Assembly (NCBI GenBank): GCA_900317715.1
Contig: ONHS01000005.1
Location: forward strand, 16,694 to 80,693
Direction of reading: 5' to 3'
From: an uncultured Bacteroidales bacterium
GTDB taxonomy: Bacteria; Bacteroidota; Bacteroidia; Bacteroidales; WCHB1-69
Length of the DNA stretch: 64,000 bases
The notes under the pieces: model-generated
The model's database searches: none
Seen by the model: the letters and a program-made list of their open reading frames with translations, nothing else
What the model was told of the DNA's origin: nothing
In this document: piece by piece, positions 10,067 to 20,400 of the stretch
Layout: every line of letters starts with the position of its first letter
How positions within the stretch are numbered: the stretch's first letter is position 1
Position numbers and translations under genes: made by a program

Positions 10067-10195
10067 GAATGAATAACTAAAAGTTCAATAAAAATGTATC
10101 TTTTGGTCTGATTAAAATTAAGTACAAAGATATAAAATATTTGATATAGTAGCGATGAAAAAAAACATCTTTCGAAAATTTTTATCAACAATCGT

Positions 10196-11035
10196 TCATA
10201 CGTAATGATTACCCGATTGTAGATACCTTTGCACGTAGGATTTCACCCCTTTTTCAACCGTCATAAAATCCTTCTTATAGCCTATGCGCCGCAATTTTGA
10301 GAGATTCGGCAAGAAAACGGAATCCGCAGAAGAGGTTGATTCATACTCATCTCCTCGAAACTCAATCCGTGATTCGCGCCTCAAAGCCTGGAAAATGGCA
10401 TGAACCACCGCCATGTCCGTCCGGGCGAAACCGCTGCCTATGTCATACACATCGCTTGCAGGTTGGTGTGTCATAAACCAATACAACACCCGCACCACAT
10501 CCTTCACATACACGTAATCCCGACAAACGCCGCTATCCTCGTATCCTCCTTGTTTGCCCTTCAACTCAACCCTACCCGTCTCCACAATGGTCCGATACCA
10601 TTGCAACACGTGCGACATCTCCTCCGAAGCCTCCCCGTCGTTAGGGCCATAAACCTCACCAAGGCGAAAAATGTACCAATAGGGCGGCTTGCGATACTGT
10701 TTCATCGTCCAGGTCGCAAAAATTTCAGGATGGAAATCGGTGTAAACATCCTTGTCCGGCTGAAAAAAAGCATATACCAACGGTACGGAATAGCTTGCCG
10801 CCACCGACCACAACTGTTGCACATACTCCATCCGGAAAGGGTTATGCTTCTCCACTTTTTCCCGCTTATCACAATAGATTATCCAGTCAACCTCTTGGTA
10901 ATGGGATGGAAGAAAGTCAAAAAAGGACTCCCTGTCGTGAAAAGGCATCACAAGTTTGCCCTCCCACGGCATCTCCCGCAGCTTCGCAGCCACGCATTTC
11001 CCAATAAAACCGTCAGCGCCGATAATGACAATCAT
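10196..11035 (-). CDS. Divergent RfaD/HldD-like NAD-dependent epimerase homolog, apparently lacking catalytic motifs
   Basis: GADGFIG, VYGP, RDYVYVKDV, YDIGSG.A and KLR.IGY retained; no SSAATYG or YxxxK seen at the expected positions. Confidence 0.7.
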   Translation of the reverse strand: MIVIIGADGFIGKCVAAKLREMPWEGKLVMPFHDRESFFDFLPSHYQEVDWIIYCDKREKVEKHNPFRMEYVQQLWSVAASYSVPLVYAFFQPDKDVYTDFHPEIFATWTMKQYRKPPYWYIFRLGEVYGPNDGEASEEMSHVLQWYRTIVETGRVELKGKQGGYEDSGVCRDYVYVKDVVRVLYWFMTHQPASDVYDIGSGFARTDMAVVHAIFQALRRESRIEFRGDEYESTSSADSVFLPNLSKLRRIGYKKDFMTVEKGVKSYVQRYLQSGNHYV

Positions 11036-11060
11036 AAAAAAAACGGATTTCGGCAAAAAT

Positions 11061-11091
11061 AAAAAAAACGGGCACTCGCGCGTCCGTTTTT
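11061..11091 (-). terminator. Rho-independent terminator after porN
   Basis: Minus strand AAAACGGACGC-GCGA-GTGCCCGTTTTTTTT. Confidence 0.75.
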
Positions 11092-11119
11092 CTGCAAATT
11101 ATGAAAAAGTTAATGTCAA

Positions 11120-12064
11120 TTAAAACTCCCAGAGGTCGTGCTCGAAAGTACGCAGTTTGTCAGTAATGCGTTCTGATTCGATACGCTGATCGCGAGAATT
11201 GGCGATGTAATCGGAAATATCACGATCATAGACATTGGATTCTTTGTAAATCAAGCTGGAGAAATCACGCTTCCAAGTGATCAGGTCGTCGAAGGAGAGA
11301 CGTGCAGCATTGTTCTTCACATTGAAGACCTCTTGCTTAGCCAAGAAAGGACGAAGTTCGTTGTAGTAAATGTAACCCACACGTTTCTTCATCATATTGG
11401 CCTTCACATCCTCTTCATCCTGCTCCTGATCGTCGTCAAAGATATTGGTATTGTTGTTCGGACGTTCGTATTCGATAATAGGTTCAATCTCGAGGATTTG
11501 AACTCTGAAGGTGGAATACTGTTTGTCGAAATACCAAACTTCTTTCACATTGTAGGAGATGATTTCCTTTGCCTCAAATTGTTGGACAATCTCTTTGGTA
11601 CCGATTTCCTCACCCGTCTCTATATCATAATCTGTAGTGGTGAAGGTTTGCGCCAATATCCCGGGAAGTTCAGCACGTGAATAGGGGAATGTGCACATTT
11701 CATCACTGTAGAGGGTAAGGACATCCTCGGTTTTTTCTGGATTGTTGAAGTCGATGGCGTCGAAAATCGTCTGACCAAGGCTACGCCAAGTACCGCGCAT
11801 TTCCGTGGGGAAGTAAAGCGGATGGTTGACTTTTTCGCGAAGGTCAATCGTGCGCCATATCGTCCAATAATACATCACGTCAGCCTGGCGTACCGGCGGG
11901 TAGGCGATTGGTTCTGCAAAATCACCGATATTCACCTGCTCCCACGGCATTTCCACAGGCTTGCGGACAGGTTGTTCCATCGTACTGCCGTCAAAATCAT
12001 CCTCTTGCGCACACGCGAAGGAGACGGCCAGTAACATCATTACGATTAATTGTAACTTTTTCAT
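11120..12064 (-). CDS. porN: T9SS protein PorN/GldN
   Basis: Motifs RQADVM...IWRTIDLREKVN.PLYFP, KEVWYFDK and FEHDLWEF. Confidence 0.93.
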   Translation of the reverse strand: MKKLQLIVMMLLAVSFACAQEDDFDGSTMEQPVRKPVEMPWEQVNIGDFAEPIAYPPVRQADVMYYWTIWRTIDLREKVNHPLYFPTEMRGTWRSLGQTIFDAIDFNNPEKTEDVLTLYSDEMCTFPYSRAELPGILAQTFTTTDYDIETGEEIGTKEIVQQFEAKEIISYNVKEVWYFDKQYSTFRVQILEIEPIIEYERPNNNTNIFDDDQEQDEEDVKANMMKKRVGYIYYNELRPFLAKQEVFNVKNNAARLSFDDLITWKRDFSSLIYKESNVYDRDISDYIANSRDQRIESERITDKLRTFEHDLWEF

Positions 12065-12085
12065 AATTGTATTTTTTGATTGTTA

Positions 12086-13702
12086 TTATCTGATACGAAC
12101 TGAGAATTCGTCCAAAGTACGAGATCCAGCCTCTGAAGAGACCTTGATGTCGCTGAAATAGATAACCGTGTTAGAGGAAGCCTTCTGAATAGCAGCCTTG
12201 GCTTTTTCGCTCAATGCACTACCCTGACAAACGATAGCAGGTTCCTCCATACCCTTGCTCACGATGATGACGCGGTAAGAGTTGACCGTCCATTTCAAGT
12301 CATAGACGAAATCATCACCCATAGCTGCACGGATCAACGGGTTAGCCAACAACTCGGCTTTCGCACGTTTACCACCACGGATATTAGCACCCAAGACGGC
12401 ACGAGGATCCGGAACTTTCTTCACACGGAAGGTAGTTTGACCCAAAGTCTTGCTGGTCTCACCCACCTTGGCGGATACGGTAGCTTGGACCGTCTTACCA
12501 ATCAAGCTGGTAGGAACGCTCACATTGAATTTACCGCCGCCTTGATTGGAAGCGTTACAACCCGGGAAGGAAACGCTCAATTTGTCAGGAGCGACAGGAC
12601 CGGACACAGACACAGGGTTCGAGATACCTGCATAGAGCACGTTCATCTTGTCGGCTGCGATGGTTGCAGAAGGTTGCAGTACCGTGTACTTATCCTTGAA
12701 GCCGTAGTATTTAGCCTCACCGCCAGGACCGACCACCTTGATCAAGCCAGCATATTTCTGTTCACCTGTACCACTGGTACCGATTTTCAGTTTCACAAGA
12801 CCGTTCTCGCCCTCCAACTTGGTAGCAGAGCCGATACCGTCAACTGTCAATGTATCTGCGCCCATCTTGTACCAAACTTCAGGGGTAGCTTTGCTATCGT
12901 AAGCAGCCACAATAATGTCGGCTTCGTAAGCGTCGCCTGCGAACACCATCTGGGATTTCGGGATAGAACGACCACTGACTTGGTCGAACTTGAAGTCGTC
13001 GGCGCTGATAGATGCCTTCAAGTAGTTCAGCATCATGGACTCAGCGTTTTTCACCTCGCCGACCATCTTGTTCAACAGGGTGGCGGAAGCGGCAGCGATA
13101 ATGTGATCGAAGTTATGCTCTTCCCAAGATACGGTATTCATATCTTTAGTATAAGTAGCATCCACATTCAGACCCATACCTTCTTCGAGGCGCTTTTGGT
13201 CTTCCTTCTTCGCCAGTTTCAAAATGTTAGCTTTGTACTTCTTGATTTCAGCCTTCAGTTTCGCCGCGTTACCTTGACGAATCATGAAGTCTGTCGGAAC
13301 GTCGAAGTTATCCTTTTTAACAATAGTGGCTACGGTTTTTAGTTCTTTCGGACCCTTTTTGCCGTCGGTAAGGGAGTCACCATCCACAGCAAAAATGAGG
13401 TCGTTGCGCATCTTCTCGATGAATTTCACCATAGCGTCAGACTCTTTCTTCAAAATCTGAGCCTTATTGTAAGCATCGTCAACTTTCGCACCCAAAATAG
13501 TCTTTTGAGCCAGGAACCACTGATAATCATTGGCATTCTGGTTGGCTGCGATGTTGGTGGAGGTCACCAAGGTGTCGTCCACGACCACGAAGGCGTTCAA
13601 AATCTCAGCAGAGACGTTCAAGGCCAACATGGCGGTGTACACCAGGTACATCATCTGAATCATTTTCTGTCTCGGGGTTTCCGGACAATTTGTTGCACCC
13701 AT
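12086..13702 (-). CDS. porM: T9SS motor protein PorM/GldM
   Basis: ETPRQKMIQMMYLVYTAMLALNVS, MNVLYAG..NP and FRVKKVPDP motifs. Confidence 0.95.
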   Translation of the reverse strand: MGATNCPETPRQKMIQMMYLVYTAMLALNVSAEILNAFVVVDDTLVTSTNIAANQNANDYQWFLAQKTILGAKVDDAYNKAQILKKESDAMVKFIEKMRNDLIFAVDGDSLTDGKKGPKELKTVATIVKKDNFDVPTDFMIRQGNAAKLKAEIKKYKANILKLAKKEDQKRLEEGMGLNVDATYTKDMNTVSWEEHNFDHIIAAASATLLNKMVGEVKNAESMMLNYLKASISADDFKFDQVSGRSIPKSQMVFAGDAYEADIIVAAYDSKATPEVWYKMGADTLTVDGIGSATKLEGENGLVKLKIGTSGTGEQKYAGLIKVVGPGGEAKYYGFKDKYTVLQPSATIAADKMNVLYAGISNPVSVSGPVAPDKLSVSFPGCNASNQGGGKFNVSVPTSLIGKTVQATVSAKVGETSKTLGQTTFRVKKVPDPRAVLGANIRGGKRAKAELLANPLIRAAMGDDFVYDLKWTVNSYRVIIVSKGMEEPAIVCQGSALSEKAKAAIQKASSNTVIYFSDIKVSSEAGSRTLDEFSVRIR

Positions 13703-13748
13703 ATCTCAAATAATTTTTAGTTAGTAATGGTTTTGAACTAAACGACAA

Positions 13749-14495
13749 TTATTTCATTGCAGCGAGCATGTTACCGTAAACACTGCTCAGCTTGGAGATA
13801 TTGGCGGTCAACTTATCCATCTCTTCCTTGAAGCTATTGGTTTGCGCCATGGACTTAGCGGTCTGATCGTAAGCGACAGCCAAGGCAGCGACAGCCGTGG
13901 TAGCTTTCTTCACGCTTTCGATATAAGCAGCGGTTGCGCCGCCATCGGTATCGAGATTAGCAGCAACCTTGTCATATTTCAGAGTCAAATTACGCACAGA
14001 TTCAGAAGCTTTCTGAAGGCTAGCGGTATAGTTGTCGGTAGAAACGACAGCATCGGAGACACCGGCCAGTTTCTGAGCGTTGTCGCTCAAGTTACGCATA
14101 CCAGTTGCAAGGCTTTCCATCAGTTCGGGACCGATCTTAGCCTCTTCGAGCATTTTGTCTAAAGCTTGGGTGGTGGACAATGCATCGTTCTTCACCATTT
14201 GCTTTTTCTCACGACGGGATTTCTTCTCGCTCTCTTCAAGTTCGATATCAGTACCTGTAGCCAGTTCGGGATAAACCAAAGCCCAGTTGTACTCCACATG
14301 CAAGGGTTCGAATGCAGAGAAGAAGAAGATGACGGCCTCAATACCCATACCTAAGATAAGCATGATGTTAGCACCGGGCAAGTGCAAAATTTTGAACAAT
14401 GCACCGATGATGACGACTGAAGCACCCCAGCCGTACAATTTAGCCATACCGTTTTTGTAAGCTTTCGATCTGACGATTTGATCAATTTTACTCAT
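13749..14495 (-). CDS. porL: T9SS motor protein PorL/GldL
   Basis: YGWGASVVIIGALFK, EAVIFFFSAFEP, WALVYPEL and YGNML motifs. Confidence 0.95.
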   Translation of the reverse strand: MSKIDQIVRSKAYKNGMAKLYGWGASVVIIGALFKILHLPGANIMLILGMGIEAVIFFFSAFEPLHVEYNWALVYPELATGTDIELEESEKKSRREKKQMVKNDALSTTQALDKMLEEAKIGPELMESLATGMRNLSDNAQKLAGVSDAVVSTDNYTASLQKASESVRNLTLKYDKVAANLDTDGGATAAYIESVKKATTAVAALAVAYDQTAKSMAQTNSFKEEMDKLTANISKLSSVYGNMLAAMK

Positions 14496-14554
14496 TTGTT
14501 TGATTTTTTTAAGTTAATGATTTATGTTTTTGATAAAAATTTCGATTGTTTGGT

Positions 14555-15985
14555 CTAGTAAACGTGAGATGCGCTTCTACTGTTGTTGTCGCCTCTCTGA
14601 CGGCCCATGTAGGACTGCACGTTACGGAAACCGACATAGGATTTACAAGTATCCTGATATTCGTAGGTTCTCGCATACACCGTCGTGTAGTAGCTGACAT
14701 CCTTCCAAGAACCACCGCGGATCACTTTTCTCTTCTTCACGGGAGAATCGTCCTTCGTAGCATAATAGACGTAAGACGGGTTCATGTCGTGGGTGAAGTT
14801 GGTGGCGGATTCGTCGAATGCGTCCTCACACCATTCTGCCACGTTGCCGCTCATGTCGAACAAACCCCAGTCGTTGGGATGATAGTGCGCCACGATGCCA
14901 GGATAGAAGTTATCATCAGCGATATAGTTACCGCGTTGCGGTTTGAAGTTGCTCAAGAAACAGCCGTTTTGGTTGACGGTGTAAGGACCGCCCCACGGGT
15001 AGGAGGCGAGAGAGTTACCACCGCGAGCTGCCCATTCCCATTCAGCCTCGGAAGGCAAACGGAACTCGTGCTCGAAAGCATATTCCTTACCGGAAAGCCA
15101 TGACATACGCAATTGGGTTCTCCAGCTGGAGAATGCCTTTGCCTGACGCCAGCTAACACCCACAACCGGGTAATTGTCATATTGCGGGTTGTTGAAATAG
15201 TTCAGGATCATCGGCTCGTTGTAAGAATAGACGAAGTCATGAGCCCAGCACAAAGTATCGGGATAGATGTTCACGACCTCGTGCTTGATGAAACGCTGGT
15301 AGCCGTTACCCATACTGCTGGGACGGTTGGCGTAGATACCACCGTAGTCATTGCCCTCTTTTTCGAACTCCTTATAGGAAGCACCGAAGTTATCGGGATC
15401 CTTAGGATCTCTATAGTTGCGATAATCGAACCACCAATATTCATAGTTGAACATGGAGACATTATATCTCTTCGCACTATAGTGATAAAAACGGGTGTTC
15501 AACTTGCTGAACAGGGGAGACAAAGCGGATTGCACCTCCTCATTGTCAGAATCCCAAGGAATCTTTTCCTTCCAGTTGATCAGCTTGGGTTCAATGATTT
15601 CACCCTCGTTCTCACCCTTATCATATTTCAGATAGTGGCCGTATTTCTCAGCCTCGGTGATTTCTGCATCGCCAAGGAGCACGTGTGCGAGAGAGTCGCG
15701 CACCCAATACACGAACTGACGATACTCGTTGTTGGTGATTTCCGTCTCGTCCATCCAGAAAGCGGCAACGGTCACGTTGCGGGACTGCTGGGTGAGAGCA
15801 AACGGAACATCTTGGTCACCACCACCCATCACATAATGGCCGGTAGGGACATACACCATGCCGAAAGGCTCCAGGTCGGAGAATTCCGGACGGTCTTTCA
15901 CGCCGACGAGCTGACCATCGCCGCCGTTCTGACACGACACCATGAAGATGAATGCCGTTGCGAAAAGAATGATTACCCGTTTCAT
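14555..15985 (-). CDS. porK: T9SS lipoprotein PorK/GldK (FGE-sulfatase fold)
   Basis: Lipobox MVSC; MDETEITN.EYRQFVYWVRDS, YPVVGV.W and RLPSEAEWEWAARGG motifs. Confidence 0.95.
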   Translation of the reverse strand: MKRVIILFATAFIFMVSCQNGGDGQLVGVKDRPEFSDLEPFGMVYVPTGHYVMGGGDQDVPFALTQQSRNVTVAAFWMDETEITNNEYRQFVYWVRDSLAHVLLGDAEITEAEKYGHYLKYDKGENEGEIIEPKLINWKEKIPWDSDNEEVQSALSPLFSKLNTRFYHYSAKRYNVSMFNYEYWWFDYRNYRDPKDPDNFGASYKEFEKEGNDYGGIYANRPSSMGNGYQRFIKHEVVNIYPDTLCWAHDFVYSYNEPMILNYFNNPQYDNYPVVGVSWRQAKAFSSWRTQLRMSWLSGKEYAFEHEFRLPSEAEWEWAARGGNSLASYPWGGPYTVNQNGCFLSNFKPQRGNYIADDNFYPGIVAHYHPNDWGLFDMSGNVAEWCEDAFDESATNFTHDMNPSYVYYATKDDSPVKKRKVIRGGSWKDVSYYTTVYARTYEYQDTCKSYVGFRNVQSYMGRQRGDNNSRSASHVY

Positions 15986-16040
15986 ATTTTTTCTGTTTTA
16001 ATTTATTTCAATATCGTTATTAACGTTACTATGTTGATTT

Positions 16041-17087
16041 TTAGTATCTGTTCTTATAAATATAACGTGAATTACCGTAACCAGAGAAGACCTCAGGCTT
16101 GTAAATATCAAAGCAATAGCGAACTACGACCTCGACATCACCGAAGCTTCTGTTCTTTTTATAAGCCAAGCTGTTGGCTGTGATGCCGTAAGAGACACCC
16201 ACATCCAAGCCTTTAAGATAAATGTTGGAAGAGTTGTAGAACGGACGTGCACCAAACGCCAGTGACACAGCATCTTGGAAGCGATAGCCGAGACCACCCC
16301 AATAAACGCCGTTGTAACGTGCCAACACCAAAACTTCCCATTGGAAAGTGCTGAAATCGGTCTTCACCAAAGCCTGAGGAAGCAATTCCCAGTTCGGATT
16401 GAACGGCATCACCCAAGTGTAACCGCCATGCAAATAGAGCTGTGAGGAACGTTGTGAACCATGTTCGCCCGACAAACGAAGCGCCTGTTTCTTATCGAAC
16501 AACGCTGTAATCTGCGTCCAACCCAAACCAAGATACCATTGATCCGTTTTGTACAAAACGCCAAAGTTGAAATCCAAATCCAAAGTAGATTCGTTAAGCT
16601 GTTGAAGCGTCGGGTCACCTTCCTGAGTCGGACGGAGGCCGCTCGCATCCAACTTCTGATTATATAATGAAGCTTGCACGCCGATGCCGAGATTACCGCC
16701 ACCGACCCTTAATTTATAAGCATATCCCAACTTAATACCTGTGTTGCTGTAGAAACCCAATCTGTCATGTACAAGCACGAGACCCAAAGAACCATGCAGT
16801 TTCTTCAAATAAGATTCCACACTGAAGAGGAAATCTTGGGGGGCCGTGTGCTTCGCCGAATCATTGGTGATGGCTGTTGTGGAGAGGTCTCCCCACCCCA
16901 GATATTTGTTGTTATAGTCTGCCGTAAAGCACAAAGTATTGTGCTGTTCCCCTATTCCGCCGGCGTTATAATAGGAGGTCACCCACGGGAAAAAGGTAAA
17001 TTGCGCATCATCTTGAGCAAAACCTGACATCATCGCAGACATTGCCAAGAGCACCAACAGACCAACTTTTTGTATATACTTTCTCAT
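16041..17087 (-). CDS. porP: T9SS membrane protein PorP/SprF family
   Basis: Signal peptide with AQD.AQFT, beta-barrel pattern, W.GLGYR..DA motif; first gene of porPKLMN. Confidence 0.88.
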   Translation of the reverse strand: MRKYIQKVGLLVLLAMSAMMSGFAQDDAQFTFFPWVTSYYNAGGIGEQHNTLCFTADYNNKYLGWGDLSTTAITNDSAKHTAPQDFLFSVESYLKKLHGSLGLVLVHDRLGFYSNTGIKLGYAYKLRVGGGNLGIGVQASLYNQKLDASGLRPTQEGDPTLQQLNESTLDLDFNFGVLYKTDQWYLGLGWTQITALFDKKQALRLSGEHGSQRSSQLYLHGGYTWVMPFNPNWELLPQALVKTDFSTFQWEVLVLARYNGVYWGGLGYRFQDAVSLAFGARPFYNSSNIYLKGLDVGVSYGITANSLAYKKNRSFGDVEVVVRYCFDIYKPEVFSGYGNSRYIYKNRY

Positions 17088-17180
17088 ACTTTATATGACT
17101 TGGGTTCTACATTAATTCTTTAACAATCAATGTATTACGCAACTTTTTTCAACATTGAAAAAATGTCATTTCTTATCCTA

Positions 17181-17208
17181 TACGACTACTCTTCTCAAAA
17201 AGTTACAC
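17181..17208 (-). promoter_or_regulatory. Candidate ECF-sigma promoter of the por operon
   Basis: Minus strand GTAAC-N17-CGT (GTGTAACTTTTTGAGAAGAGTAGTCGTA) about 95 nt upstream of porP. Confidence 0.45.
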
Positions 17209-17415
17209 AATACATTATTACAAATTTTTTGAAGTGCCAAAAATAGCATATTTTTCGGTATGAAATCTCTTAATCGAACAATTTTCTCAAAATATTACTC
17301 ACCGTATCAACAAACATCTGAATTTCAGTAAATTACAATAATAATTCAACGTAATATATTGAATATTAAATATTTAATGTAAAAATGAAAGGTTTTTGCA
17401 AGATTCCGGAGAGGG

Positions 17416-20400
17416 CTAGAACAAGGCACTCACCGTGACATTTCCGGTATGGATTACCGCATGACCCTGCTTCGCGCGACCCTGATATTGCACGGACAAT
17501 TGCAGGAACTGCGTGACGGAGAACTGACACGCAGCGGTCCAAAGCAGATTCTGCCCCATCGACAAGCCCTCCGTTAAGAAATAGGAGACGGAAGAATTTT
17601 GACCCACATCCCCGTTCAAATAGACATATTCCGCTGATAATGAAAAGGTTCCCTTCTCTAATATGCGATATTCAGCCAAGAAGTCGGCTCTGTACCGATC
17701 CACATGCTCTACTCCCTGCCGGTTGACTCTGTGCGCATATTGCCCAGTAAGAGAAGCCGTCAATCGGTTCCAGAGTTGTAATCGGATCAACAAATCCGTC
17801 GAATAAGACTCCACTTGATAGCATCTTGAAGAGAAATAAGTAGAGTGATTCAACGTATTATTATGTAAGAAAGAGGTTTGCAAATACAGAGGGGGTATTG
17901 GCGTGCTCTTCAGTATAACTTCCTGATATTTAACCTTATTGGTCTCTAATCCATAATAGAGGAACTGCGTGTTGGAGGCATCCTGTACGATAAAGTCGAA
18001 CGCGAATTTGGAACTGCTGTTGTTGAAAGAGAATGTATTGGTGATGTTGGTACGATTCGCCACCAGATTCGAATCCGTCTCGGAGAAGGAGAACGGGATA
18101 AACATCCGTGTCTTATGTTTTAGAAAAGTATTGATGGACAGTACGTTGGAGAATCGGGAGAGGAACTTGCGGAAGCCTTTCTTATTGGCCCATACGGCCG
18201 CCGGGCGCAACTGGACACTCTGCGTCCACTGGTTCTGATAGACGTTGACATAGTCCGTTCCCGCAATCCAAACTTTCACGTACTCAGCCTGATCCACGAA
18301 CTGCGCCACCTCAAATTCATCCAGTTCCTGGATGCCGTTACCGTTGTAATCGTTCCAGACGTGCGTACCCTGACCCTTCGCCACTTTGATATAGGTATAG
18401 GTCTTTTTCAGTTCCATGCCGCTCCCTACATCATAGTAAGTATTGATAATCAAAGCATTGCGCAAAAATCTTCCTGTATATTGCAGATTGCCAACAAAAT
18501 AGTTCTCCGCATGGCCTTTCTGTAAAGAATCGAAAAACGACTGGCGGCGATAGGTGGCATTCAACAGGAAACTCTGATTCTTGATTTGCGCGAATTGGTA
18601 CTGCGTTTTAAACTCATGCACCAGCAAATGGGGACGCATCTGCAGACTGTCAGGAGTCCATTCCACACGATTCTTATATCCCAACAACCACTGGTGCTTG
18701 GCTTTCTCTTGGCTTTTCAATGCTGCGTTAAGTTCGTTGAATGCATAGCTGTTCAGTCTCAACATTCCACTCTCTGAGTCATTGAACACATTGTATTCCA
18801 ACAGGTTATCTATATCAGCCGTTAACCATTTCCACTGCTTGGCGAGTTGGGTTCGGGACACCCAATAGCGACTCTTCTGTATGGAATCGCGAGTCAGAAG
18901 GAAACTATTGCGGGTTTTCAAATGCCACGTTTGCCAATAATCGTCGGTTTGCAGTTCATTGCGCAACGCATTGACCTCGCCCACACGGTTAAGCCAGTTG
19001 AAGTCGTAGAGATACTGGTGGTATTTCAGCTTTGATAATGCCAGACCTGCCTGTAACCACCATTCGGCGCGGTTTTGTGCGTAATCAGAGGCCAAATTGT
19101 AGTCACGCGCAAACTCCACCTCACGAAACGATTCAAAAGGGGTGAAGTTTTGATGTACGTATTGCAATTGCGCGTGACTGGTGAGCAACCATGGTAATGT
19201 ATCCTTCTTGGAAGCGAACTTTTCCACATCATTTACCTTCAACAAATAGGCAAGCCCCACATCATTCTGACGGTCTTGTTTCGAAAAAGTGTTAATGTCA
19301 TAGTGAGAAACCGCTAATTCACTGGTTATCATCGTATTTTCATGACAAGCAAGGTCAATTCCCAAGGTAGCCATCTGCTGGGAAGTCGGGGCAGTGAGCA
19401 ACAACACCGGCTCATAATCGCCTTGAGGAATTTCGCCGTCGGGGGCAACCCACGCAAAGACCCTTCCATTCGCAGTGCTGCTAACCAACTGATAATTACC
19501 CTTTTTCGTGCCCATGTAGGTAAAAGAAGGGCTATATAGCTGCGCAGTATTATTAGTGGAATATTTATATATGGTATATATATTATTTTTGTAGATAGTA
19601 TCTACTTTTTCATACAAGATCCGGTCGGGAGTATAGGCCATGGAATCCGCCACGGGGTAATAGGCAACAGCACCCGCATCACCCAACTCTGCCAAAAACC
19701 GCTTATGATCCACTGTAAGCTCCGGCTGAATGGAGTGATTCTTCAAATCTTGCTCGTGAAAAAGATTGAGACGCAGTTTAAAAGGAATCTTGCCATCCAC
19801 TTCTATCTCGTTTTGCGTAAAGAGATTATATCGAGAATAATGTCGGTTGGAATACTCAAACTCCACGATAACGCGCTTTTCAGCAGTCATCAGCATCTTG
19901 GGGGTAAAGGTGATTTCCGCCGTATTGTAATCCACCACGTAGTCTTTCTCCGCGCCACGGGTCAGCAGCTGACCATCCACATAGACCCGCTCCGAACCAG
20001 CCACCATCAGGATGGAGACCTCGCCGTCGGCACCGTAGAGTTTGTAAGGCCCCTGCACACCGTTTTGTATCGTCACTGTCTGTCGGGTGAACTTGCCCTT
20101 GGCCATGCCGCCGCCCGCCTGGTTGAACATTTTCACATTTTCCTTGGGTTTCGAACGCACCATCGCATTCAATCCCAGCATGTTACGGGAAACTTTCAAG
20201 AAATTATCACTGTCGCAGCGCCACACCACATCACCGGCGTTAAACAGTGCCATCTCCTTGATTTTCACTGTGATAAAGATACTGCTTATATCTTGAAGCG
20301 TCTGGGTGTTCCCTTCTGGTTGTATGGGAATGTTCTTATCTGTTACAGAGGCCATTATCTCAACATCCTCAGATAACTTTCCAGAAATCTGCAAGTTAAG

